Source: Ophelia neglecta (taxonomy: Eukaryota). From it: a stretch of DNA of 64,000 nt. Position numbers and translations under genes: made by a program. The notes under the pieces were generated by a model. It did no database searches. It saw only the letters and a program-made list of their open reading frames with translations, and was not told where the DNA came from. Position 1 is the first letter of the stretch; each line of letters opens with the position of its first letter. Where the stretch lies: the NCBI GenBank assembly GCA_965285935.1, contig OZ260663.1:72602001-72666000 (forward strand). The letters run 5' to 3'. Below, in pieces: positions 52,201 to 64,000 of the stretch.

Positions 52201-55200
52201 CATGGAATCGGCATGGTAGGCTCTAAGAGGAAAATAAGAGATTTTGAAAATCATGTCCTTACATTATAGGAAAATATTTGGTGCGCACTATGAGGTTCAT
52301 GCAAGCCTAGGCGAATGAAACCTTAAAAAAGCCATTTCCTGGCAAATGCACACTCTGAACTATTGGGTCGGCCAGTAATATATAAACGCTTATGTTTTTG
52401 TCGCAAAGGCTTTAATTTGTCGCAAAGGCTATGTATCAAAGTTTGTCTTCTTAAGAAAAGAAACACTTGAACGAATATTCTATATATGGGTACTTTTACA
52501 AGGAAGATATTTAAAACAAGCCTGCATAGTAGATCTACAAAAACACATTTCAATCTTATATAGTTGTCACGCACTAAGTTGTAATGATAGCAGATTTGCG
52601 TACAATGAAAGAAATGCTATCTGTCTTGATCACTATATAATAATGCCTATCTACAAGTAACGCTATATCTTCTTTTCGTTATAAACAGATTTGAAATATC
52701 AAAGAACAGCAAGGAGCTATCATGGCGTCTGGACTTGGTCATCCATTTGTCTTTATGACAATTACAATGTCTACATAGTATATAGTATTTCTTTAATCGT
52801 TTTGCTTCTTGGTGGAAACGAAAACAACAACCCAACCCTGTTTGTTAGCGCACATCACCCATATGCACCCAGTCGGATTTTTACCTTTGACTAATGTATG
52901 CAAGACTGCTTCAACTCTTATCTGAGCACAAATACTGTGTAAGGAATCTCGGCCAATACAATAGCCTGAAAGTTAAGGGCATATATTGAAATCATAAAAA
53001 GACAGATGCGGAGAACATAAGGATTTCATATTCATCGAGTAGTGTGTACTTATATCTCTATGCATAATATTAATTATGAAACGTTCAAACTAAAGTTATG
53101 TGTGATACTTCTTTATCTCGTCAGCATAAAGCAACCATACAATTGTAGATAGATGGTTATTTCTAATTTAAATTAATAGTGACATTCCTTTCACTGATAT
53201 GCTATCTCGAGTAATACAAGACAGCAGCCGACACTGTCGTGATATACTCACTCTCTTTGTACTGAATGATATTCGGGTGTCTCTGCATGATGATCAGACA
53301 CTGGTGGCAATGCTCATTCCTGAAACAACAAAATAACATTCTGTTATATCCAATTTCCGAACACAGGGGAGAGAAAAAAATCCTACCAGTCAGTGTTTTA
53401 GTACATTTAGAAGGCGAGGGGAAGCAAACAGCGTTTGTTGGTTTAAACAGATGGTAACGATCATGCAAGACGGGAGGTCTGGTTCACTCAATCCGACATT
53501 TATTGCTCCAAGTTAGACTTGAGAGAAAACAAACCTGACGCAATACCAACGTAATTAGCATTGTTATCGGTTGCATATCTAATCCAGGCTCAAACCAACT
53601 TTTTGAAGGCTGTAAAATCTTCTAAAACAAACTGTACGGTGGATAAGAAATGTCAAGCGGGTCCCAATGTAGATATGCACATTTCTGAGGCAAGCAGGCT
53701 TGGCTGCCACTTATCACCAATACAGATGAACCATGAAGACAAGGGCAAACAAATGTCATCAAATAATTGGGCCTTGGACTAGTTTGATTCCGGGAGACGC
53801 CATAACGATGTTGAGCCGTGATTTACGCCGGTTTCTGTGTCAGGAGGTTATCTCTTCCCCAGTGTGCTGGTGAGAAAACTATGGAGACCGATTAGCCATA
53901 TATATGTAGCGTCCATCTCTATTCCCGCTTGGATTTGTACGTCCAGAGTTTCATTTACGGGTCATATAAGAGATATACTGTAATAAGTACGCCCTATACT
54001 GTTCTCAATTGTATCCCAGCATTCTAATTCTGTGTTTGACCAGAGCTGGCATAAGATGACAGACACACTTGACCTACATCGCGAGAAAGCCAGGCTAGAC
54101 GTATTCCTATCATGTGTCTGGTTGTGTGGAAACATTCTAACCCAGTCAAGGTCAAAGACTGACCTTCAAGGACAAGAAAAGTCTATCGATGTGTATATCA
54201 ATATCACCAGCCAAGCCTATCATGATGGATCGCAAGTATAAGATTCTATAAGCAAATGTAAAAGGAATCTGTTTTTGCTTCTTCGCCTTGGTATTATGCA
54301 TTGGATCAACAATACAGCTATCGGCATCTTTCCCCTCTTCCGCTCAGTGTATTTGAGCCGATAGGAACCAAAACAAAACTGCGGCGTATAAATATTTGAT
54401 CAGACAACCTTGTGGGCCAGACACTAAAGTGTTTATTACTTGCTGCACCTATTTCCTATTTTCCGAGATTATCTTCGTTACTGATATTTTATCTGATCCA
54501 TTATAACGTAGCTGGTTGTTTTGGTAGAATGGAATATAGGCTCGCCGTGTTTATCGCTGACGGGTATTAGCCTTGTCCGCGATTCTGGCTTTTTCGCTTA
54601 AACGCATTCCTATAAAGGTCAGTTTTTTTAAAAACATATAGACATCAAGTTTCTAAGCAAAGTGTTGTTGCTGTTCGCTTTCTGTACAGCCATATATGTT
54701 GATGTAGTGGTATTATATTACTATAATAAGTATGGTGTTATAAGTATATTATATGCGTAAAGTTATTGTTGCTAAAATCCGCCTTGTGAAAGCATTGATA
54801 TTGCGATGTCTAAAGTAAGAATCCTGAAATAAGTTCAAATAATTGGTTTTTTCAAAATGGTATTTAGTGTCTTGTGTGCTTTTTAAAGGTCTAAAGTCAG
54901 AATCGTGAAATGCTGTTTTATTCAAATGACATATACTTTCTTATTCATGAGTTAGTGTTTTTAAAGCGTACGCCCATCAGGCATAGTGTCACGACGCATG
55001 TAAAAAATTCAATAGAGTGCGGATAACTTGGGTAAAAGAAGGCGACAACTTGGATTAACTTCAAAGTGTCTTCGCGTTTATACTAAAAACATACCGAAAA
55101 ACTAATACTAATTAATACGGGACAAACTTGCACACTTTGCTGTTCTGAGAATATGACGACGAGCGTGATAAGTTATTGTAGGCATAATATTAGCATGAGC

Positions 55201-57149
55201 GAAAGGTGACTTGTGATGATTTGTGAATTGACGGAACACCTCCATTTTAAATGGGGTTCTGAGTATTGATATATGCGCATACTTAAAAGTGCTTTGCTTA
55301 CATATATGAGGCCATAATTAACTCCTAATCAAGGGTACTGTGCCACGCTGTGGATATAGGTAAGGCGTGAGTTAGGGAGGGTTAATGATGCATATCCTGA
55401 GCAAGTCGCTTAGCGCCCAGCACAGGCAGCACAACACATTTCACATTTAGAGGTCGCCCCATTGCATACACATCTGGAGCCTTTCGTAAATACCTCGCAG
55501 ATGTTTTTAGTAGCATGTATATACTATTTGTTTCTTGCACTTGTTGAATCTTTGTTGATACACATGCAATAATCTCATGGAGAGAGAAAAATCTCCCAAA
55601 CTGAGCCATTGGGCTCAATGTAAACCGACGGTTAGACCTACAAGGGCACGTGTCTCATTCAACTCAACAATCTGAAAATTCGATAAAACGCACTAATTTT
55701 GGTTTTAAGACACCGAGTGTAAATATAGACTCTAGCTGTTAAAAGGCAGAAAAAATTATTTAATTGGTCTAATTTTAAAATACACACACATACAAGGTCA
55801 AATGCTACAAAATGGGAAAAATGTGGTTTCCTATAGGCCTAGGCTTTCTATGTTGTTCTATAGGCTTTATTGTCCTATAAATTAGACTGAAATCGTGATT
55901 TGCGGATTTTACATTGAATATAGGTCAAATTCAAATCTGAAAACACAAACTACATTTGAAATTGTAGCCCCTATTTTTCTATACCTGCTCCAGGGTCATT
56001 AGAGGTTTTTTTCATTTGTTTATTAAAAACCTTTAAAATCGATTGTTTTCATCAGCTCTGTTGATTTACATTTGTGGTCCAGATATGAACACAATATATA
56101 TGAAATCAATTAAAAATTGCACGACGCAAATATTAAAATACATGCAATTGGAAATAAAATTCAATGGTACGCATAATATAACCTTACCACATACGCCTAT
56201 TTACAACATAATTACAAATGCAAATTAAATTGATATTTAAAAAACTTTATCGATTTTCCTTAAGATAAACTATAAGCCTTTCTTAAAATTACTGCAGTGT
56301 CATATTTCCCACAATTCACCGGGCGTCTATTCCAAAGCAAGGGACCTGATATGTGAAATACATTTGAAAGTTCACAATAGGGAAAAATTTGACATCAATT
56401 TGTAATCCTGATTATTTATTATACATGTACATCTATTCTGACACACTGAAGAAATGCTTTCTTGTCAGATAAACTATACGGGGCAATGCCTTGAATACAT
56501 TTATATAAAAAAGAATTGTGGTATAATCATTTCCTTGTTTTATCGTCATTATATAACTGGTCTACCTGCAGGGTTATATTTATTTCCGTTGCAATGGCAA
56601 ATAAATATTTTATGTGTATACTCAAAGATAATCCCCGGCCAGATGTTGGCATTGATAGCGACCAAAAGAAAATGTGATAGAATAGCAAGTTTGTTTTCGA
56701 ACGACAAAAGAATTTGCGTACTTATCATACTTGTCATGGTATCTAGTAATAATATTACTCGCCTCTTTTGTACCAGGTTAAGCTTTTACTTATCCTAAAT
56801 CGCATGGTATGTACAAGGTATAGTGATTTTACCGGGCTGTTTTGTACCATGTAGTGTAATTAGTAATTGTTACTCGCCAGTTTTGTACCAAGTAGCGTGT
56901 TAAGTAATTGTTACTCGCCTGTTTTGCATCAGGTAGTGCATTAGTAATTTTTTACTTGCCTCTTTTGTACCAGTTAGTGTATTTAGTACTTTGTTACTCA
57001 CCCGTTTTGTATTAGGTAGTAGTCCCGGTGGCGATCGGTACATATACCTTTTTTAGATATAGTCCTTTCGGAGATGATTACTTCCCCGATACCATTCTGA
57101 TACCACTGTCCTCTCCACGCCCGTGGAAACGAACATCGTTCTCCAAAGG
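49240..57149 (-). CDS. Host gene, 5'-partial: Cys-rich extracellular repeat protein (DUF7042/7043/7044-like from memory), probably GPI-anchored; exons 57149-57002, 53319-53252, 52965-52885, 52222-52049, 51859-51750, 51602-51494, 51236-50987, 50855-50791, 50555-50481, 50345-50199, 50082-49985, 49758-49644, 49520-49240
   Basis: 13 exons with GT-AG introns and fully compatible phases (1721 nt, ~573 aa). Recurring motifs: CSFPRAWRGQWYQNG, CHQCLIIMQRHPNIIQYKESYC, PIPCPFEGAYHFTY, LECVASWRDGSDMYLYG..YRC, CSFPYWL..W, FQCLRISQRQPNILELQRG, ACPYSGRY, LECLQWWQE. The C-terminus is SGCSG followed by hydrophobic LQFILSALLLPFV. The first (signal peptide) exon was not located. Confidence 0.85.
56744..57020. 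repeat. ~40-bp minisatellite (6 units) overlapping a host exon/intron junction
   Basis: Unit TAGTAATTGTTACTCGCCTGTTTTGTACCAGGTAGTGTA. The last unit includes the splice donor at 57001 and about 19 nt of exon. Confidence 0.85.
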
Positions 57150-58382
57150 CTGAAATAGAAGGAAACAATCACTTAGGGTTACATAAATTAAGTTACATTA
57201 TTCGAGTTCTAGCCAAAGCTCTAAATAAAGACACCGATCTACTGATGATAATAAAATTCGCTAATATAGTTTGGTTTTGTTGAGATGAAAAATGTGTCTC
57301 TTTAAACGAAACATAAATGCAAAGCAGTAGGCCTAGATATGAAATCTCGTACTAAAGTTTTGTGCAGACTGAAAGGGTTATCAATTTTTCGTTTCATGGA
57401 GTGGACATCCGGCAGACAAGGTTGAATCATTAGTCAAGAATGGTCCATAATTAAATCGCCCCGAAAATATTCATGAACCAGCAGCCACAGCCCAAAACAC
57501 ATTAACAAATCAATCTCCTCCCCTCAAAGACTGTTTAATGATTATTCCAAAGAAGTTTCACCACATATATAAAGGTGAGTACTTATTATGAATAACAAAA
57601 CAATATGCACGATTCTGTTGTTAACAATATCTTATGGTCTTGGTGAACAGTATTTTAATGGACGAGCTTTTATGGCAAATAACGAAAGTATTGCGAATCG
57701 TCTAGCTAATGGTAATATTTCGTTAAGGTGAGCGTTAATGCAAGAAAATATTAACTTGCAGACAGCAACAATGGAAAAAGAATAATCGCTGTTAAGTTAC
57801 GGTCGAAGGGATTAAAAGGTTGACTATTTAAAAAAAAACCTATTAATAACTGTGTTCATCGCTGATTCAACTATAGTTAGGCGATCGAAAAGTCTGCCGC
57901 GGTAGCTTCGACAACCGTTCTCCCTGTGCTACGTGGTCGACTGGAAATTAACGGCGCGGTCGTAGGCGAAATATTGGACCTTCCCTGCGCGCATTCTCTG
58001 GAGAGTTCCATCGTGGTGCGTGGTGCGGTCAGGGGAAAGAGGCCACTGGATACCCGCTGGATAGCTCTTCATCGTCGCCCATGTGTACATTATAAGCATT
58101 TGAGAAAGCATTGAGTTACAAAACTTTTGAACATCCGGAGGTCAACGTTTTGTGCCAAAGCCTGTAGCAATAAGTGTTCTGCTACTTTTGTATATCTTTG
58201 CTCTCTTAGAGTTTGGTATTAAAAAGTATAAATATAACTCCTTTTAAGGACACAATATGTATATAGTACTATCACTTGCAGCATGTTTGAACCCTGCAAA
58301 CGGCGTGGCACACCGGCGGGCCAATAGCAACTTCTAATCCCTAAATCCTAAAGCTAAAGGGCATGCATGACGTAAACCAACG

Positions 58383-58607
58383 GGCTATTGATTAAACACG
58401 GACGCGCGGAAGCTACGTGGACGCGGAGGTCATGGGTATTTCAGAACGACCGGAAACCAAAAATAGCTAGCAAGGCTAGGGTCAGGGCTGAGTGTTAATT
58501 TCAGGGTTAGGCAAAGGTTAGGGACAAGTTTAATTGGTCTAGTGCTTTGTTCTAATTTCTGGATATACCTCCGCAAGGCTCCGCGCTTCCGCTTTTAATC
58601 AAAAGCC
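58383..58607. mobile_element. Small non-autonomous TIR element with 8-bp TSD
   Basis: TIRs GGCTATTGATTAAA / TTTAATCAAAAGCC. AACCAACG is duplicated at 58375-58382 and 58608-58615. Internal GCGGA/TCCGC inverted motifs and GGTTAGG-like repeats are present. Confidence 0.75.
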
Positions 58608-61600
58608 AACCAACGAGACAAGTAGTAAAGCCCTGTGGAATCCTGCTCTACAGCCATGGTATGTGCGTAAAGGTTTGGCAGTTTTGTTTCTCATCACCTA
58701 ACTGTTTGTCACCCATCTTAGAACAGTGTTTGGTAAATAATCCAATAACGACTTACAATATATATAAACGGGTCAGTTATGTCCTTCTACCAATTACAAA
58801 GAGAAAACGTGTGGGTGCGGAAAGGGTATTAGGGTGTGGATGGGCTTTTGGCGAATATCCTTTGGATTGAAATCAACCAATGTTTTTGATGAACGATAAT
58901 AAAGGTATAGCCTATACAACTTAACGGGCGGCAATAATGGGAAAGAACGACCGAACTACAACGAAGGCTGAGCTCAATCAAAGATTGATTATTTCATCCA
59001 ATTCATATCAATTTAAGTAGATCCATCTTGTTTCTGGATTGGTAATTTGCTATTAATCGACAATAGCCGTTTCTTTTTTCTTTGGAGATAGTGCTTAGTC
59101 CTACTGTCACCACAGACAAACGGACGTGCCATTTTAAACCATTATTAAGTTGGTTCTAACAACCAACTAACAGTCCGAAAGAATGACCTGCCTTGCTTCA
59201 TGGAAGCAGTTGATTGGTCTTCTGGCCCACTATGATTGGCTGATTTCTGGTAGCAATTACCTAGTAGCTTTTATCCTGACCTGTCATGTCATGCTTATCG
59301 ACTGTCAGCCAACAGAAATTCAACGAGGAAAAAAAACTCAATATGCAATGGAGACACCAGCCTAATAGCTCATCTTACTCCCATCTTTATTTGTACATGA
59401 TAAGCGGTTGAGTAAGCACTGATTTATGAGAGTTTTGGCAATCTGGATGTCAGCGGTTACCGCCAGAGTTGCTGGGACTTTCAGAGCCTGGAGCAAAATG
59501 TATTCTACTACTTCCGTGCTCGTTTCTAGGATAGCTAAGCACCTTAGAACATTAGTTTCGTTAATCCTGGCTCTCTGTGAGAGCAGGTTAAAAGTAGGCC
59601 ATCCAAAAATCTAGCCATGACAAAAGGCCTCCAACCACGACATAAGGGTTGGTATAAATCAGCCAATTATATCATATAGGTATGTGATAAATCATAACGC
59701 ATGCGCTTGGCGACGACAGCCAACCTGCCTAATAGTATCTCGCGAAGGCGACGTACCAACAATTATACCCCAAATGTTGCACTCGCGATCCCTTGAGAGT
59801 TAGTTATGTTGATATCAATCTCAGTCGCATCTACTTAAAATTTGAATTTATTTCTTGTCTAAGATTTTGCCCAAGCAATGGGTGTTATTCTTATCACTGA
59901 AGAGTTCCTCCGATTTGGCGCAGTCCAGTAAAATAAACGAGAGACCTTTGTATTCATTTCTACGCAAGCTTATGTTCACCTTAAACCTGATTATAATGAT
60001 GCATGGCGCGTGAACGTGCAACTTAAAGTGTGATACGGTGGTCATAAAAATGTTTCCGTTTTTGCTTCTCGATAACGAGGCTTACGCCGACCAGGTGAGA
60101 CACTACCGGCAGACAAGATCAATGAAATACTCATAGTACAAAGATGCGGCATCTATCTTTTTGTATTATGCGTGCATGGTATGAAATATCCGCGCTACAA
60201 TATCTGGGCTTTAATATTGAACGATCTCATCCCGGCAAAAAGCAGCTCAATTGTCGCCTGAAGATGGACGAGGAGGGCCAGCAAACGTGACACGCCAGAC
60301 AGGCCAATTGGACTTATCCAACTATGACAAATTTTCTGTAACCAAAATATGCCGGGATTATGAATAATAAGTGCTTTACTTAATAACTCTCGAGAGTAAA
60401 AGAGAGTTAATTTTCTTTGTTTTTGGACGCCTTAGAACGATATTGACATTACGTCGACACGCATAACGACCCGTGTGATCAGGCGTGTCAATATGATTAA
60501 CGGGGGGCTTGAAAATCTCCGACACGAATGGCACAGGAGCACACGGAGGCAATATGATGTTCGGAATGAAATTCAGAAAGGGTCAATATTAGTCAAGCTC
60601 CCATTTTATGAGATAATATCTCATTCCAGCGGACACACCCATATAATTGATTAGCACAGAGAAGCCGGAATTCGGCACGTCCGTCAAACAAAAATTGGCC
60701 CCTCGACTGGATTACCACTAAATCTCGTCTGCTCGTGGGCCTAATCAACCTCTTGGGTCGACAAGCGGGCGCTCGTCTCGCGTGTCCTTCGCTAATAGAG
60801 CGTGTTGGCTAATTACACATCTAAAAATCCGGGAGTCATGCCGGCAAATCCATCGAATGGCTTCCTTTTTGACTGCAATATTTCAGTCGTCGGAAGTTGC
60901 CTATATGCGACAGCATGTAGCTTCGTGCTGCTAGACTATATCAATTTAAGGAGCACGCATGCTGCATGACAAAACACATAGTTATGAACAGTAGCCAATT
61001 TGACAAAGGTTTACATTGGATCTTTGGCCTCTAGCAGTGCCGGGCATTTTGCAAGAACCCCCATCCTTTTTCCCTCGATAATGATGTTTGAAGGAAGGAT
61101 TAAATCACAGGCTCAGAAGCTTGAGGGTTTGTAGTCGCAATGACAGCCATGATTATTATCTTCCCCTCTCCTCAGTTGCTGTCACGCAGTGACAAACACT
61201 CAGACCTAATCATCGTCATGCTCTCCAAATGTGTTCTTGGCCACACTAAAAACGTGTTAACGACCAATGGCGAATCTGTGTACACCTGCCAAGTAAATTA
61301 TAATGGTGTTACCTACACAGCCTGGGAAAGTAGAAATGGCTCAGAAAAAAAGAGCGACAAATACGTCTTGGCCATCTGAGCACATCCCCTATATCTCAAT
61401 TATCGCATCTTTGGAGATGGGTTATTCCGCTGTTTTAAGCCATTCTCATTTCGGGCAAAGCCCACCAAAACATAAATAGAAGGTGTGTGGGCAGATGGTA
61501 AGGGAAGTAACCAATAATTAAACTCCCTCCGCTACTCATCTCCAAAATAGCATCTAATCCACGGGGATTGGCCAGTGCAAATTACAAAGTAACATACAGT

Positions 61601-64000
61601 TTCAGCGCCTGCAGGCCGGTAGGTGGGGGGAGAGGCACGTACTGCCATCTGGAACCAGTTTAGGTCTATCTATGCTACGATGGAAACGGGTATCTTTTTT
61701 AGCTTCATTGATTATAGAAAATAGCCCCCCCCCTTTTTTTTTCGATGGGATGCTTAAAGATAGCCTCGCCATTATCGTAGCATGTAGGATGATGCTAGGA
61801 TATAGCCCCCAATACTTTGCCTTGCTATTAAAAGCCAATTTTCGTCCTGACACGTGTACTTTCCTTCATCGAACTGCTACTGGTGGACATCTTGAGTTAA
61901 AGCTTGGGCTTATTGATACAACTTTCTTCCATAATTTTATACATAGTCTATTTTTTTCAGCAAAAAAACTACAATAAAGACACGTGTCATACTATGTTAG
62001 GAGATAGGGTTTTTCAATGGCATTGCTAGAACAATGACCCCCCCCCCCCCCAGTTTGTGTTCCCGGCAGTGCATCACTACCCTAAATACTTGTCAGTGCT
62101 CCCCACCCCACCCCCCACCCCCGCCGCCGCTGGCCTGAACATTGGTTATGCTTTCTTGCCCGCTTCGTTCCGAGCTGCAGGGACGTAAAACAGATTTCAA
62201 TTGCAACATGTAAGCTGGCTAAAGGTCGCGCGTTTTGTTGAAAACTTGACGATTTTAAAATTCTTTCAAATTTGCCCAGCTACACATTCCTCTCATCTTC
62301 GTGTCGTGTGATATGAGACGAAAGTCAGCCCATGTGATGTGAATCTATCACCACTTCATCTGACTTATCGTGGTAGACATTACATTTAAATGTATACATG
62401 CACTGTGTCCCACTTGTCGACAGGTCGCGATCAAACATGTCAGTCATAGTTAACATTTTAGATAAATCGTATGCTAGTTATTATAATGTTTTCATATCTT
62501 TAATAAGGGCGAGAAAACCCCCAGAAGACCTCTCTCCAGCAAACTCTTCCCGTGTGTTCATCAATATCTAAAAGATCAAGGCAAAACCTTCCTCCCAGTC
62601 ACAAGGTGAAACATCTCCTGTAGGTGTCCCGGAAATAATTATCATAAGCTTGATGAGCAAGAAAAAATACTAGCTTCATCCCTGGGACCATCAAGTATGT
62701 CAACTTCTATGTTGAGGCGGCGTCTGACCCAGTCTGGACACACCTGTCAGTAACTGTAACTCAGGTGGGCTTCCACCGGAAGTGCAATCGCATTCCGGTA
62801 TCAAGAAAATGAGCCTTGAAACCTACGTGACTGGCTTGCCTGTGTTAAGGGCGAATGGCACCTCGGCGTTCCTGGCATGGTCAAGTTCTCTCTCGGTAAT
62901 TATGAACAAGACCAAACGGATGCCACGTTTCAGATAGACCCTGACTTCCTCAATTTCGTGTATGTCCACTCACAGCATTCCCGATACTCCATATGCAATT
63001 TGTGGAGGACGGCAAGAACATTTGACCCGCAGCCGCAGAAGGGGTTTATGGTCTCTATGTTGACTAGGAACAATTCCAAATCCAGAGTTTGTGAATGGGT
63101 GGAAACGAGGGAACACCCTCATACATGTAGTTCGAAACATCAAGTGGAGCACCTTGTGTGTTCTTGTGCAGAGGCATGTATACACAGAGACACACCGGGA
63201 GTCATACTGGACCGAGGATGTCGTGAGTCTAGATCCGCCTTCTCTCTGCTCCCTAGACGGACTTTCCAGTAGCCTTTCATCAATGTTTTCCTTGTGAGAT
63301 GGAAGTCTAATAAGCTCATACAGACAATATAATCATTGAATTCCTCGTGCTTTATACTAGATTTTGTTACAGTCCCATAAAACATACTCTCCAATCATCA
63401 AAATATAAAACTATATATAACAGATATTATTTGTATTAGAAACACAATAACATAAAGTCAATTCATAAATGACGCATTATAATATTCAAGGAAACAACTA
63501 AACTGAACTCATGGCATGTGTATGATAATGATCATACTACATGTATATTGGGTAGTCTACATTGACAGGTTATTTTGTATTGAAAATATATAATAAGGTG
63601 TTAACATTAATGTTCTGAATTTAAATGTGGTTTGAATATATAGAGTCGGTCTTTAGGGTCGGCTTCACTACTATACAGTATCATTCTTGGTTGTGTTGCC
63701 GACTTCATTGAATAAATAGCCATGTCTTGTCCAAACGGGATGAAAAAAAGTCATACATAGACCAAGATAGATAGACTCAGTCCATAAGTATGCAAAATAT
63801 TACCGTAGCCTGTGTAAATCCTGACTTTTGATGGGTTGATGTTCTTATCCTTTGTAGTTTTTTCTAGTTACTGTCTCCTGCCTTTACAAAGCCTGCCTTA
63901 CTGTGTTGTATGGTGGGGCTATATGATTCATACAAAACCATACTTCTGGCTGCCCCCCCCCCCCCCCTTTCCAGATGCGGTTTATCAGGTGGACAGAACC

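Noticed and set aside
55670-56264. Possible Kolobok-like relic ending TTTATCGATTTTCC|TTAA
   Set aside because: The left end matches only loosely and lacks a TTAA duplication.
57243-57350. Candidate first exon of the host gene (donor GTAAGA near 57242)
   Set aside because: The phase fits, but the frame has no start codon or convincing signal peptide.
60255-60295. Hammerhead-like CTGAAGA-stem-GCAAAC
   Set aside because: The GAAA core is broken, stem II is mismatched and no stem I/III closure was found.

Overview
AT-rich, intron-containing animal genomic DNA (an invertebrate; echinoderm-like is only my impression). The main feature is an apparently young 8,380-bp DNA transposon (20380-28759) with ~621-bp terminal inverted repeats (about 97% identical by eye), TACGG...CCGTA ends and a TATAT (or TAT) target-site duplication. 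It carries two convergent genes. The minus-strand gene has 5 coding exons and an intact 1557-aa product, with an N-terminal C2H2 finger, a P-element-like DDE core (CFDG / CSDG / DFYH / DKQ / GEHFFS) and a complete YqaJ/lambda-exonuclease PD-(D/E)xK nuclease domain inserted inside the RNase-H fold. The plus-strand gene encodes a 7-finger C2H2 protein with one frameshift. I cannot place this combination in a standard superfamily; it is the best candidate here for an undescribed system. The window also holds 13 exons of a minus-strand host gene (57149-49240) for a Cys-rich, probably GPI-anchored extracellular protein, three small TIR elements with clear TSDs, an L2-type LINE tail, four minisatellites (one copied from an exon/intron junction) and an old dispersed repeat. 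All alignments and family assignments were made by eye and from memory; no searches were run.
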